64,000 bases of DNA, from positions 117,366,001 through 117,430,000 of the forward strand of contig OZ024744.1 in assembly GCA_964016885.1 (NCBI GenBank), written 5' to 3'. Positions 25,132-36,835 of this stretch are shown here, one piece after another. Within the stretch, counting starts at the first letter, position 1. The number at the start of each line of letters is the position of its first letter. Below the pieces are notes generated by a model. That model was not told where the DNA came from and made no database searches. It was given only the letters and a program-made list of their open reading frames with translations. The translations under genes were made by a program, and so were the position numbers. This DNA comes from Eledone cirrhosa. Its lineage: Eukaryota.

Positions 25132-25135
<4 letters not shown>
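23991..25135. mobile_element. Long fold-back non-coding PLE-like element (~480-bp arms) with hammerhead-like motifs
   Basis: 23991-24470 and 24471-24967 are reverse complements; the identical ORFs 24178-24375(-) and 24584-24781(+) confirm this. The unique tail to 25135 is homologous to 21556-21720(-). (TA)n flanks. Confidence 0.82.
24878..24924 (+). ncRNA. Variant hammerhead motif with CCGAAGA core (inverted copy at 24035-24081)
   Basis: tgct-CCGAAGA-a tccaaacc tc ggtttgga g-GAAACAGCTGT-A-agca. Stem I tgct/agca, 8-bp stem II, palindromic stem III. The conserved U of CUGANGA is replaced by C. Confidence 0.6.
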
Positions 25136-25162
<27 letters not shown>

Positions 25163-25899
25163 CATCATCATCATCACTGGTTTTTTTTTTGTATTTTTTT
25201 ATAAAGTTATAGGAATACATATAAAAAATAAGAAATAGACTAACAGTTCCTACATGCCTCACTGAGAATCAAGGGACCAATCTGGTAACTTCATACTCTA
25301 GCCAGTTTGCAATCAACATCAATTGGAATGTCTATCTCCCACACATATAAGAACTGCTACTTGAGAATTTCGGACTTATGCTTATTGGTCAGTAAAGGGA
25401 ATAACACATATGACTGGTGACATATCAATGGATATTTACATCTTGTTTGGATTGTGGTCTGAAGAGAAGACATATGGCAGTTGTATAACAACTGCCATCA
25501 TCATCATTATCATTGAGGTTGACTTTGCCTTTCATCCGTACGGAGTCAATAAAATAAAGTACCAGTAATGCACTGGGTAATTGCTGGCCTTGTGCCAAAA
25601 AGTAGAAACAATTATTTTATGTCCGCTTTTCCCTGCTTGCAAGGGTGGGACGATATATGTCTTTGAAATATGTATAATGAATTAAATAGGATGTACGAAT
25701 AAAACCATCTTTCTTGTTTATATATATATATTATAGTCTGTAGTGCTGAGACGGGGAGGGGAGGCTCGACCATTAATCATGGAAGTATTCAATGCAGAGC
25801 GGGGCCAAGTGACATGTATCGAAAACGCTTGATACCACAGTTGGGATTTTGTCTCTCGCTCTCTCTCTCTCTCTCCATCATCATCCATCATCATCCATC

Positions 25900-26309
25900 A
25901 TCATCATCATTATCATCATCATTTTATGTCTGCTTTTCCCTGCTTGCAAAGGTGGGACGGGAACTGATTCTCATTATCATCATCATTTTATGTCTGCTTT
26001 TCCCTGCTTGCAAAGGTGGGACGGGAACTGATTCTGGCTTGATTTCTACAGCTGGATGCCCTTCCTAACACCAACCTCATTTACAGTGAGTGCTGGGTGC
26101 TTTTTTTCCATGTCACCTACACGACCACTTTGCAGTGGAGAGATATGGACCCCAGTCCCTATCATCTCATTTCTACAGCTGAGTAAACTGGAGCAATGTG
26201 AAATAAAGTGTCTTGCTCAAGGAAACAACACATCACCCGGTCTGAGAATTGAACTCACAACCTTTTGATTGCAAGCCCAATGCTCTAACCACTAAGCCAT
26301 GTGCCTCCA
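25900..26309 (-). mobile_element. SINE family B, inverted, with duplicated 3' end
   Basis: Reverse complement of 7686-8028. A ~60-bp terminal segment is present twice (~25915-26035). Confidence 0.85.
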
Positions 26310-26384
26310 TTATATGTATATATAACAATGTTTCCTCGGTCTTTCCAGTTGCTAGTACTATCTATCGGTCGCAACTCCAGGTAG

Positions 26385-26507
26385 AAGGAGCAACGTGAAA
26401 TAAAGTGTCTTGCTCAAGGACATAACCCATCGCCTGGTCCAGGAATCGAACTCACAATCTCAAGATTGTGAATCCAATTCTCTAACCACTCAGCCACACG
26501 CCTTCAC
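26385..26507 (-). mobile_element. tRNA-derived SINE head (related copies at ~6133-6225, ~36836-36960, ~47443-47540)
   Basis: Reverse complement has A box gtggctgagtggtt, B box gagttcgattcc, and ccttgagcaagacactttatttcac. Confidence 0.75.
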
Positions 26508-27085
26508 TTATATATATATAAAAATAAATCATTATTAGAAGTAATCAGTAGAGCATCAGGCAATTGCTTCCTGGGCTTAGAGTTTTGACCCTTTACATTC
26601 TGAGTTCAAATCCCACCAAGGGATTAGCTTTGGCTTGCACCAGTAATTTGTTGGGTGGATTCAATCGACTTCCCCTCCCCCAAAATTGCTGGCCTTGTGC
26701 CTATGTAAGAAACCATTATTATTATTGTTGTTGTTGTTGTTGATTTATTGTACAAAACCTAAGAGTACTCAATACACCGCTGTGTGTGTACTAGAGTAAA
26801 ATAAACAGCTCTAGTTGTACAGCTCCATTAAGTATGGATATGTTGCCCTGGTTACACTATATACAGCTGTTTACCTGTCTCTCTATAGTTACCTACCTGT
26901 TTATCTTGTATCAATTTTAATTAAGTTCTTGTAAGAGTGACAGTTTGGAAAATTGCTAATTCAATTATACATAAGGTTTCTCTTTTTTTATTTGGAATAT
27001 GTTGTTAGTGTATTTATTTTTGTTGTTTATCTGATAAGAAATCACACATTGTTTACTTTCTGATGCTCTAAAAGAGAAATAACAA

Positions 27086-28632
27086 TTAACCCTTTCATTA
27101 CCATATTTCTAATGAAAGACACTGTCTATGTCTTTAACCCTTTCATTACCATATTTCTAATGAAAGACACTATCTATGTCTTTAACCCTTTCATTACCAT
27201 ATTTCTAATGAAAGACACTGTCTATGTCATTAACCCTTTCATTACCATATTTCTAATGAAAGACACTATCTATGTCTTTAACCCTTTCATTACCATATTT
27301 CTAATGAAAGACACTGTCTATGTCATTAACCCTTTCATTACCATATTTCTAATGAAAGACACTATCTATGTCTTTAACCCTTTCATTACCATATTTCTAA
27401 TGAAAGACACTGTCTATGTCATTAACCCTTTCATTACCATATTTCTAATGAAAGACACTGTCTATGTCATTAACCCTTTCATTACCATATTTCTAATGAA
27501 AGACACTGTCTACGTCATTAACCCTTTCATTACCATATTTCTAATGAAAGACACTGTCTATGTCATTAACCCTTTCATTACCATATTTCTAATGAAAGAC
27601 ACTGTCTACGTCATTAACCCTTTCATTACCATATTTCTAATGAAAGACACTGTCTATGTCATTAACCCTTTCATTACCATATTTCTAATGAAAGACAGTG
27701 TCTATGTCATTAACCCTTTCATTACCATACTTCTAATGAAAGACTCTGTCTATGTCATTAACCCTTTCATTACCATATTTCTAATGAAAGGCACTGTCTA
27801 TGTCATTAACCCTTTCATTACCATATTTCTAATGAAAGACACTGTCTATGTCATTAACCCTTTCATTACCATATTTATAATGAAAGACACTGTCTATGTC
27901 ATTAACCCTTTCATTACCATATTTCTAATGAAAGACACTGTCTACGTCATTAACCCTTTCATTACCATATTTCTAATGAAAGACACTGTCTATGTCATTA
28001 ACCCTTTCATTACCATACTTCTAATGAAAGACTCTGTCTATGTCATTAACCCTTTCATTACCATATTTCTAATGAAAGACACTGTCTATGTCATTAACCC
28101 TTTCATTACCATACTTCTAATGAAAGACACTGTCTATGTCATTAACCCTTTCATTACCATATTTCTAATGAAAGACACTGTCTACGTCATTAACCCTTTC
28201 ATTACCATATTTCTAATGAAAGACAGTGTCTATGTCATTAACCCTTTCATTACCATACTTCTAATGAAAGACTCTGTCTATGTCATTAACCCTTTCATTA
28301 CCATATTTCTAATGAAAGGCACTGTCTATGTCATTAACCCTTTCATTACCATATTTCTAATGAAAGACTCTGTCTATGTCATTAACCCTTTCATTACCAT
28401 ATTTCTAATGAAAGACACTGTCTATGTCATTAACCCTTTCATTACCATATTTCTAATGAAAGACACTGTCTATGTCATTAACCCTTTCATTACCATATTT
28501 CTAATGAAAGACACTGTCTATGTCATTAACCATTTCATTACCATATTTATAATGAAAGACACTGTCTATGTCATTAACCCTTTCATTACCATATTTATAA
28601 TGAAAGACACTATGTCATTAACCCTTTCATTA
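27086..28632 (+). repeat. 48-bp tandem repeat (~32 copies) of a TTAACCCTTT MITE left terminus
   Basis: Unit ttaaccctttcattaccatatttctaatgaaagacactgtctatgtca. A solo homolog taaccctttcatgaccacatttctaatgaaatac lies at 46361. Confidence 0.9.
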
Positions 28633-28702
28633 ATATTAGAGTAATAATAAATGGATCACAATATTGCAGTTCTCCAATCATTATATATAAGATTTTTACA
28701 AC

Positions 28703-29052
28703 AATCTAAACTATAATTAAGTAAGGAGTGCGGGACTGCGTTCGAATATATTTTTTTTATCCCATTTGTAAAATAAGTTGGATTACTTTGAATAAATAAT
28801 GAATGAATATTACATAATTTATCTACTAAATTTCGTTATTCTTGATTAAATATAAATAATTTGCTGGCTTATTTAAAGATTCACTTCTTTAAAATTTTCA
28901 AATGTCAACACTTTCGGTTAGCGATCGCTTAAATAAACATTCATATATTTCCGTCACTAATTTTCTCCTAATGCAGTTTATATATAATATTGTCTTTTTT
29001 TAATGTATCATGGATTACGTTACTGATTACATAAGACAGTGTAACACAGTCT
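28703..29052 (+). repeat. Interspersed ~350-bp repeat, inverted partner at 45585-46041
   Basis: e.g. gtaaggagtgcgggactgcgtt / aacgcagtcccgcactccttac and cataagacagtgtaacacagtct / agactgtgttacactgtcttatg. Confidence 0.85.
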
Positions 29053-29142
29053 TCATTCAATTTCTAGGTATATTGTCAATTATGATTTTAAAACTAGTTT
29101 TAACTAATTTGTCCTTACCAGTAATGTTCTACTGTTCCTACA

Positions 29143-29430
29143 TACAGCTCCCATGACTTTTAGAATCATTTTTTCAGGCTCAGCATTGCTGAAGCATGGA
29201 ACAAACTACCAGCATCTGTTGTTAGCTGTCGGGACACTGCATCCTTCAAAACTTTCCTGCTTCCTGAAATTCGCCAACACTACACCTGATATCCCCCTCC
29301 ATACACACACATGTGTGTATTTCATGACTCATACACTGTTCACTTTCCTGATATTTGTTCATTAATCTATGTACTATACATGCACCTTTGATGAGTTGTA
29401 GTGCACCTGAGCACTGTACACAATAATTTT
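29143..29430 (+). mobile_element. CR1-clade LINE 3' end
   Basis: Translates HFFRLSIAEAWNKLPASVVSCRDTASFKTFL..., the CR1 RT C-terminal WN.LP..VV...FK motif, followed by a short UTR. A truncated SINE A follows (29434-29540). Confidence 0.75.
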
Positions 29431-30127
29431 CAACCGCCGAGGTTGACTTTGCCTTTCATCCTTACGGGGTCGATAAAATAAAGTACCAGTAATGCACTGG
29501 GTAATTGCTGGCCTTGTGCCTAAAGTAGAAACAATTATTATGTTGTCTTTGAAAGAATATTTCTACAAGTGTTTTATCTAATTTGTCCTTACCTTCGTGT
29601 ATGATTTGAGGGAGGTTTGGTTGCTATTTCAAGCAGATGAGGTGATAAAGTCATGGTTCTATTGTTCTCTCATGCATGGCAGTGTCAGTAGAGCGTCAGA
29701 CATGCTTTGTGGTATGTAGTTACGTCCCTTTACGATCTAAGTTCAAATCCAACTGTTGTATTTAGGGAATTATTTCTTAGGATGAAAATATTAAATTACT
29801 CTTCCACAGCTGTTCACATGCTGTAAGTCATGTCTACAAAGGATCAGATAATATTCCAAGTTCTAATTTTAAAAATATCCTTCTACTTCTAAACACTGTG
29901 TTATAAATGAAGGGAATTTCAGTCTTGAAATATTAGGACAGGTAAATAAAAACAGGTGATACACTCACATCTTTGTTGCCTTCAATTTATTCCAAAATCT
30001 ATCCATTTTGAATGTTCTGAACACCAAAACCAAGACTAAGGCCAAATTAGGATTCTGGAATGTAACAATTTATGTCACAGGAAAACCAATGCAGGTTACA
30101 TCCGAGATGAGACACTATGATTTAGAG

Positions 30128-31050
30128 CAGGCATGGGCAACCTTTTTTTGAACAGTGGGTTGCATAGGATGTGACCTGTATCATAAGGTGTGCCACATAG
30201 GATGTGACTTGTATCATAAGGTGTGCCACATAGGATGTGACTTGTATCATAAGCTGTGCCACATAGGATGTGACCTGTATCATAAGGTGTGTCACATAGG
30301 ATGTGGCTCATATCATAAGGTGTGCCACATAGGATGTGACTTGTATCATAAGGTGTGCCACATAGGATGTGGCTCATATCATAAGGTGGGCCACATGAAA
30401 TGTGACTCATATCATAAGGTGGGCCACATAGGATGTCACTCGTATCATAAGGTGTGCCACATAGGATGTGACTCGTATCATAAGGTGTGCCACATAGGAT
30501 GTGACTCATATCATAAGGTGGGCCACATGAAATGTGACTCATATCATAAGGTGGGCCACATAGAATGTCACTCGTATCATAAGGTGTGCCACATAGGATG
30601 TGACTCGTATCATAAGGTGTGCCACATAGGATGTGACCTGTATCATAAGGTGGGCCACATAGGATGTGACCTGTATCATAAGGTGGGCCACATAGGATGT
30701 GACTCGTATCATAAGGTGTGCCACATAGGATGTGACTCGTATCATAAGGTGGGCCACATAGGATGTCACTCGTATCATAAGGTGTGCCACATAGGATGTG
30801 ACCTGTATCATAAGGTGTGTCACATAGGATGTGGCTCATATCATAAGGTGGGCCACATAGGATGTGACTTGTATCATAAGGTGTGCCACATAGGATGTGG
30901 CTCATATCATAAGGTGGGCCACATGAAATGTGACTGATCATATGGTAGGCTGCTCTACTAAAAAATTCAAGGCAATTTTGAAATTAGGGGTGCCATTCAG
31001 AAGTCAAACAGGTCGCATGCAGCTCACAGGCCGTTGCTTGCCCATGACTG
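30128..31050. mobile_element. hAT-type MITE containing a 33-bp tandem array (~23 copies, 30163-30935)
   Basis: TIRs caggcatgggcaa / ttgcccatgactg. 8-bp TSD atttagag / atttagat. Unit ccacataggatgtgacctgtatcataaggtgtg. Confidence 0.85.
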
Positions 31051-31182
31051 ATTTAGATATTCTTGGTACAAATGAAAGCAGATGGACAAGATGAGGAATG
31101 CTAAGAACTTCCACAGGAAAAACATCTTTGTTGTCTTCAATTTATTACAAAATCTAGCATCCATGTTGCACTGTTGTAGCCT

Positions 31183-31710
31183 TCAAATAACATATAAATG
31201 AGAAAACTCATCGCTAGGACACCTAAATACTGTCAAACCAGCGATGGGCGAACGTGCCTCAGGAACAGAGACCAGTGACCAGTGGTCAACAGAAGGACAA
31301 TCCTCATGGTGGCAGATGAAATATAGAAAAGACTGAAAGAGGAGGACAAGGAGAGTGTTGGTGCAGTTAAATCGTGCAAAACCATTTTGCTGGTTTGAGA
31401 GCTGATGAGAGTGAAGATGTGTATGTAAACATGTCTTGTACATCACCTTTATTTCCTTCTTCCAGTCACTTCTGGGTACCAACACATTCTCCTTGTCTTC
31501 CTCCTCTTTCAATCTTTTCTGTATTCCATCTGCCTATCACCCACCTTGTAGATTGTATCTCTGTTGACCACTGACTGCTGGTCTTTGTCCTCTGTGACAT
31601 TTTTGTCCAATGCTGTCTTTGACAGCATTTAGCTGTTTTAACAGCTACGCTAATGACGAGTTTTCGCATTTTTATGTATTCAAATAAACTCCTGCTTCAT
31701 ATTGAGCAGA
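31183..31710. mobile_element. Old fold-back element (diverged inverted arms); direct homolog at 63192-63482
   Basis: 31200-31362 is a diverged reverse complement of ~31478-31670. The core aaccattttgctggtttgagagctgatgag.gtgaagatgtgtatgtaaacatgtcttgtacatcacc is shared with 63200. Confidence 0.7.
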
Positions 31711-31994
31711 GACAACATAGTTTTTTCATTTGTACCGTCCTGTATTGTCCTGTACTGTCCTTAATGTCTACTTTATGTAAACCCTTGTGGTTAATAAAGA
31801 AAGCATTATACTACTTTAGCCATTTTTAATAAATTCTTCGACATAGGAATAAAAATGTAGCCATTATATTGGTTTTCTTATACAGCACCATAAGAAATCT
31901 AATAGTCTACTGGACATTTGGAGATCCTATATCAACCATTCTTACACTGATGTGGAGGCTGCTTGCTAATTAAATCTTCCATTTTATTAGGTTT

Positions 31995-33835
31995 CAGTCA
32001 TTAGACTGTGGCCATACTGGGGCACTACCTTGATATAGTCTACCATATCAACCTCACTACTGTTTTACTGGTGTCAGTCATTAGACTGTGGCCATACTGG
32101 GGCACCACTACCTTGATATAGTCTACCATATCAACCTCACTACTGTTTTACTGGTGTCAGTCATTAGACTGTGGCCATACTGGGGCACTACCTTGATATA
32201 GTCTACCATATCAACCTCAGTACTGTTTTACCGGTGTCAGTCATTAGACTGTGGCCATACTGGGGCACTACCTTGATATAGTCTACCATATCAACCTCAG
32301 TACTGTTTTACTGGTGTCAGTCATTAGACTGTGGCCATACTGGGGTACTACCTTGATATAGTCTACCATATCAACCTCAGTACTGCTTTACTGGTGTCAG
32401 TCATTAGCCTGTGGCCATACTGGGGCACTACCTTGATATAGTCTACCATATCAACCTCAGTACTGTTTTACTGGTGTCAGTCATTAGCCTGTGGCCATAC
32501 TGGGGCACTACCTTGATATAGTCTACCATATCAACCTCAGTACTGTTTTACTGTTGTCAGTCATTAGCCTGTGGCCATACTGGGGCACTACCTTTATATA
32601 GTCTGCCATATCAACCTCAGTACTGCTTTACTGGTGTCAGTCATTAGATTGTGGCCATACTGGGGCACTACCTTGATATAGTCTACCATATCAACCTCAG
32701 TACTGTTTTAGTGGTGTCAGTCATTAGACTGTGGCCATACTGGGGCACTACCTTGATATAGTCTAACATATCAACCTCACTACTGTTTTACTGGTGTCAG
32801 TCATTAGACTGTGGCCATACTGGGGCACTACCTTGATATAGTCTACCATATCAACCTCAGTACTGCTTTACTGATATCAGTCATTAGACTGTGGCCATAC
32901 TGGGGCACTACCTTGATATAGTCTAACATATCAACCTCAGTACTGTTTTACTGGTGTCAGTCATTAGACTGTGGCCATACTGGGGCACTACCTTGATATA
33001 GTCTACCATATCAACCTCACTACTGTTTTACTGGTGTCAGTCATTAGACTGTGGCCATACTGGGGCACTACCTTGATATAGTCTACCATATCAACCTCAG
33101 TACTGTTTTACCGGTGTCAGTCATTAGACTGTGGCCATACTGGGGCACTACCTTGATATAGTCTACCATATCAACCTCAGTACTGTTTTACTGGTGTCAG
33201 TCATTAGACTGTGGCCATACTGGGGTACTACCTTGATATAGTCTACCATATCAACCTCAGTACTGCTTTACTGGTGTCAGTCTTTAGACTGTGGCTATAC
33301 TGGGGCACTACCTTGATATAGTCTACCATATCAACCTCAGTACTGTTTTACTGGTGTCAGTCATTAGACTGTGGCCATACTGGGGCACTACCTTGATATA
33401 GTCTACCATATCAACCTCAGTACTGTTTTACTGGTGTCAGTCATTAGACTGTGGCCATACTGGGGCACTACCTTGATATAGTCTACCATATCAACCTCAC
33501 TACTGTTTTACTGGTGTCAGTCATTAGACTGTGGCCATACTGGGGTACTACCTTGATATAGTCTACCATATCAACCTCAGTACTGCTTTACTGGTGTCAG
33601 TCTTTAGACTGTGGCTATACTGGGGCACTACCTTGATATAGTCTACCATATCAACCTAAGTGCTGTTTTACTGGTGTCAGTCATTAGAGTGTGGCCATAC
33701 TGGGGCACTGCCTTGATATAGTCTACCATATCAACCTCACTACTGTTTTACTGGTGTCAGTCTTTAGACTGTGGCCATACTGGGGTACTACCTTGATATA
33801 GTCTACCATATCAACCTCAATACTGTTTTACTGGT
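31995..33835. repeat. 80-bp tandem repeat (~23 copies)
   Basis: Unit tcagtcattagactgtggccatactggggcactaccttgatatagtctaccatatcaacctcagtactgttttactggtg. Confidence 0.96.
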
Positions 33836-33951
33836 TTTGTTGAACATGTCAATGCCAGTACTACACACAAACATACATAAATACATACATACATAGATAT
33901 CCATACACAGATTTTTTTTAAATTTCGTTCTTGAGTTTTATAGGAAATAAT

Positions 33952-34088
33952 AATAATTGTCTCAACTTTTGGCACCAGGCCAGCAATTATCCCAGTGTAT
34001 TACTGGTACTTTTTTTTATTGGCCCCGTAACTCTACGCTGCAAAGCATGGCGTCAAACCCTCTACCAATACTGCCAATCCACCACTCC
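33952..34088 (-). mobile_element. SINE family A, inverted, internally deleted
   Basis: ttttggcaccaggccagcaattatcccagtgtattactggtac...gctgcaaagcatggcgtcaaaccctctaccaatactgccaatccacc. Confidence 0.75.
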
Positions 34089-34157
34089 AGTAATAATAAT
34101 ACATGATTCATTTCCAAGCAAACAGCCTCATTACGCTGTGTTTTAGATGACCATTGT

Positions 34158-34384
34158 CATCTTGTTGTTCTAGCAGTGACACAGAGAAACAACTGATAAT
34201 ATTGTTTCTGAGTTATTGCCCTTTGTCAAGATTGTGTATCTCTCTCCTGTCACTCACTAGAACTCTTGAGAATATATTGTATTCCCTAAAACATAGAGCG
34301 GCTGATTAGCTTCATTTGCATAATGAGTGATCCTATGGAAATTGTCCATCGCTTCTCTCTGTCACTGCTAGAACAAAAGGATGA
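34158..34384. mobile_element. Small MITE-like element
   Basis: Terminal inverted repeats ttgttctagcagtgacacagagaa / ttctctctgtcactgctagaacaa. Confidence 0.6.
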
Positions 34385-34571
34385 GGTTATTTCCTTGCAA
34401 GCAATCAAATATTATTAGTATCTGATATAACACTCGTGAATGCATTTATGTATCTGCTGTGTTAGAGCAGAAAAAAATCTTTGTGTTTTTTATTTCATTT
34501 TCTAATTGTATTTTATTCTAAGAATATTTAAAAAAAATATTGTCACATATTGTTATATTTTATTATTTTCT

Positions 34572-34884
34572 AGTTCAAACCCCGCCGAGGTTGACTTTGC
34601 CTTTCATCCTTACGGAGTCGATAAAATAAAGTACCAGTAGTGTACTGGATAATTGCTGGCCTTGTGCCTAAAGTAGAAACAATTATTTTCTTTTTGGTGG
34701 ATTGGCAGTATCGGTAAAGGGTTGGACGCCATGCTTTGCAGCATAGAGTTACTCCCCTTTATGATCTGAGTTCAAATCCCTCCGAGGTTAACTTTGCCTT
34801 TCATCCTTACGGGGTCGATAAAATAAAGTACCAGTAATGCACTGGTGAATTGCTGGCCTTGTACCTAAAGTAGAAATAATTATT
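34572..34884 (+). mobile_element. Two tandem SINE family A copies abutting the Shroom 3' splice site
   Basis: 5'-truncated copy at 34572-34686 and near-full copy at 34696-34884. attattttct occurs at all three junctions. Confidence 0.85.
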
Positions 34885-34900
34885 TTCTTTTTCTTTCCAG

Positions 34901-35814
34901 CCGCACGTTACTGATTTTCCAGCTTCTGTTGAATCACAGCCAACCAAGGTAACCTTATCCAACATCAATCCAGAAAGCTGGTTAAGCTATCAGAAACAGA
35001 AGGATAACACTAAACAGACTTCAAGACCTCACATCCAAGAAAAACCATCAATGTCTTTTACTAGAACAGCTCATCTTGATTGTCACATCCCTTACAACCA
35101 GTCTGAACTCCAAACTCCCGAAAACTCTACGTCTGTGCTTACCGTTTCCAGTACTGCTGATCCTGTCTCAAAATGCCAACAACCTCTTCCTCCTCCTCCT
35201 CCTCCTCCTCCACTTCTTTATAATGCAATTCACAAACAAGATTCACAAAATAACAATTTTCTTAAAGAACAAGCTGCTGTATCTTCTTTGCCACAGGGTG
35301 AAGTCTCCAATAACCAGGATAGTTCCAGAGTAGCAGTAGTGGCTAGCTCTTTAAGGAGAGAATCTTCCGAAGCAATTAGTCAACAACTTTGGAAATCTGA
35401 ACAAGTACAGAATGAGAGCTTGCCGCAACACCAAGTAACTGTTAGTAATAACAATAGTATAAATAATAATAGTAACAATAATAACAATATTAAAAATAAT
35501 AATAGTAATAATAATAGTGATAGCAAATTTGAACCATCAGATTCTTCTGAAACTAAAAAGGATTATAAGATCAGTAGTCATTCGAGACAACCATCCCAGG
35601 AAGAGCTGGAATTTGAAATAAAAGCAAAGGAATTGTCCCAGGAGCTGAAAGACGATGATAAAAACTTGAAGCAAGTTCTTAATCCCAATAATAAAAAAGC
35701 CATTGATTTTGTGGAAGACTTATTGGAAAATACAGCATTTGATTGTCAGCAAATTCCTACTAAATTGCCCAAGGAGAACAGTAACACTTCTGTGAATAAC
35801 AGCGACCTAAACAT
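34901..35814 (+). CDS. Shroom: Shroom-family protein, large internal exon (proline-rich region plus N-terminal part of the ASD2/SD2 domain)
   Basis: Polypyrimidine tract and AG end at 34900. The frame is open from 34901 (PHVTDFPASVESQ...), in frame with ORF 35051-35818. It contains LPPPPPPPP and EELEFEIKAKELSQELKDDDKNLKQVLNPNNKKAIDFVEDLL, which resembles the ASD2 start of Shroom proteins. GTGAGT donor at 35815 (phase 2). Confidence 0.88.
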
Positions 35815-36835
35815 GTGAGTATTTACAAACTTTTGTTGTTGTGAATGATATAATTTCTCTTAAATTGTTGTAATGATTTAACAGAAAATACCTAAAAACA
35901 AGTTTGTTAATTTAAATGTTTATAGTATCTTTACTATTAGAATACACAGCAAAACCCCCAATTTTACATATCAAAGTTAGCTTGGCACAAGTAATTTGAA
36001 TTGAAAAGTTATATATACATATAATAGATTCAAAAATTCTAAACATCTTTAGTGAATTGGTTTATTTGGATTAATCTACTTGAGTAGATTCCGTTAACAA
36101 CCAACCACTAATTTAATACGAGAAGAAACATGAATATTTCATCTTCATTTTTGTTGTTGAGAGTAGATTTTTCCATGTGACATGATTTTTAGCAATGACT
36201 AAACAAGGAGTCATTCGAACGAGTAAGAATAAACAATTGCTTTTTATTTGTGTTTAAGGTGTGTGCATAATGATAGGTTAATATCGTACCTTGATAGAAA
36301 TGGAAACAGTACTGGCATGCAAGTGAGGTAGAGCTACTTTTGACATAGTCGTGCCTGACCTAGTAGTCCAGGGAGCCAAAAGAGGAAAAGGGAGAGCGCG
36401 TCCTGAGATCTCACCTATTTATTTTGTTTGCGGGAGGTAACTTGTAATAGTTATGTTTTCAGTGTTAGATGTCACTACACATCCTAAAATTAAAAAGCTC
36501 AGCTGAGGACACAAATAAATTGCTGATGTGTTTATCCTGTTTAGAGTGGGTGTACTATATATCTATGTGTCATTAGAGGTGTGTTGTTGGAATCTGAAGC
36601 TAAATAAACCTCCAAGTCACTTCTCATGTCTCTCACATTCTCACATTTTTACCTTGAAAAAAAAAGATCTCCATTAACTGTTGCTGCCATGAAAATCTTT
36701 CAGGGGATACCAGACTATTGGTGCCCCAGCATATCCTTAGCTAGTCAACTGGAGCATGTAAATGAGTGATAAACAATGACAGAAACGTCAAAATAATTTT
36801 AGCAAAGTCTGATTATGTGTGTGTGTTTCCCTGTG

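Noticed and set aside
27112-28644. 510-aa ORF of 16-aa repeats
   Set aside because: It is a 48-bp tandem of a MITE terminus; the frame is open only because the unit is divisible by 3 and stop-free.
30096-30941. Cys/His-rich repeat proteins on both strands
   Set aside because: They come from a 33-bp tandem inside a hAT MITE with TIRs and TSD.
31398-31440. Functional hammerhead in the 31.4 kb / 63.2 kb family (CTGATGA...GTAAACATGTC)
   Set aside because: GAAA is disrupted and neither stem I nor stem II pairs convincingly; at most a decayed relic.
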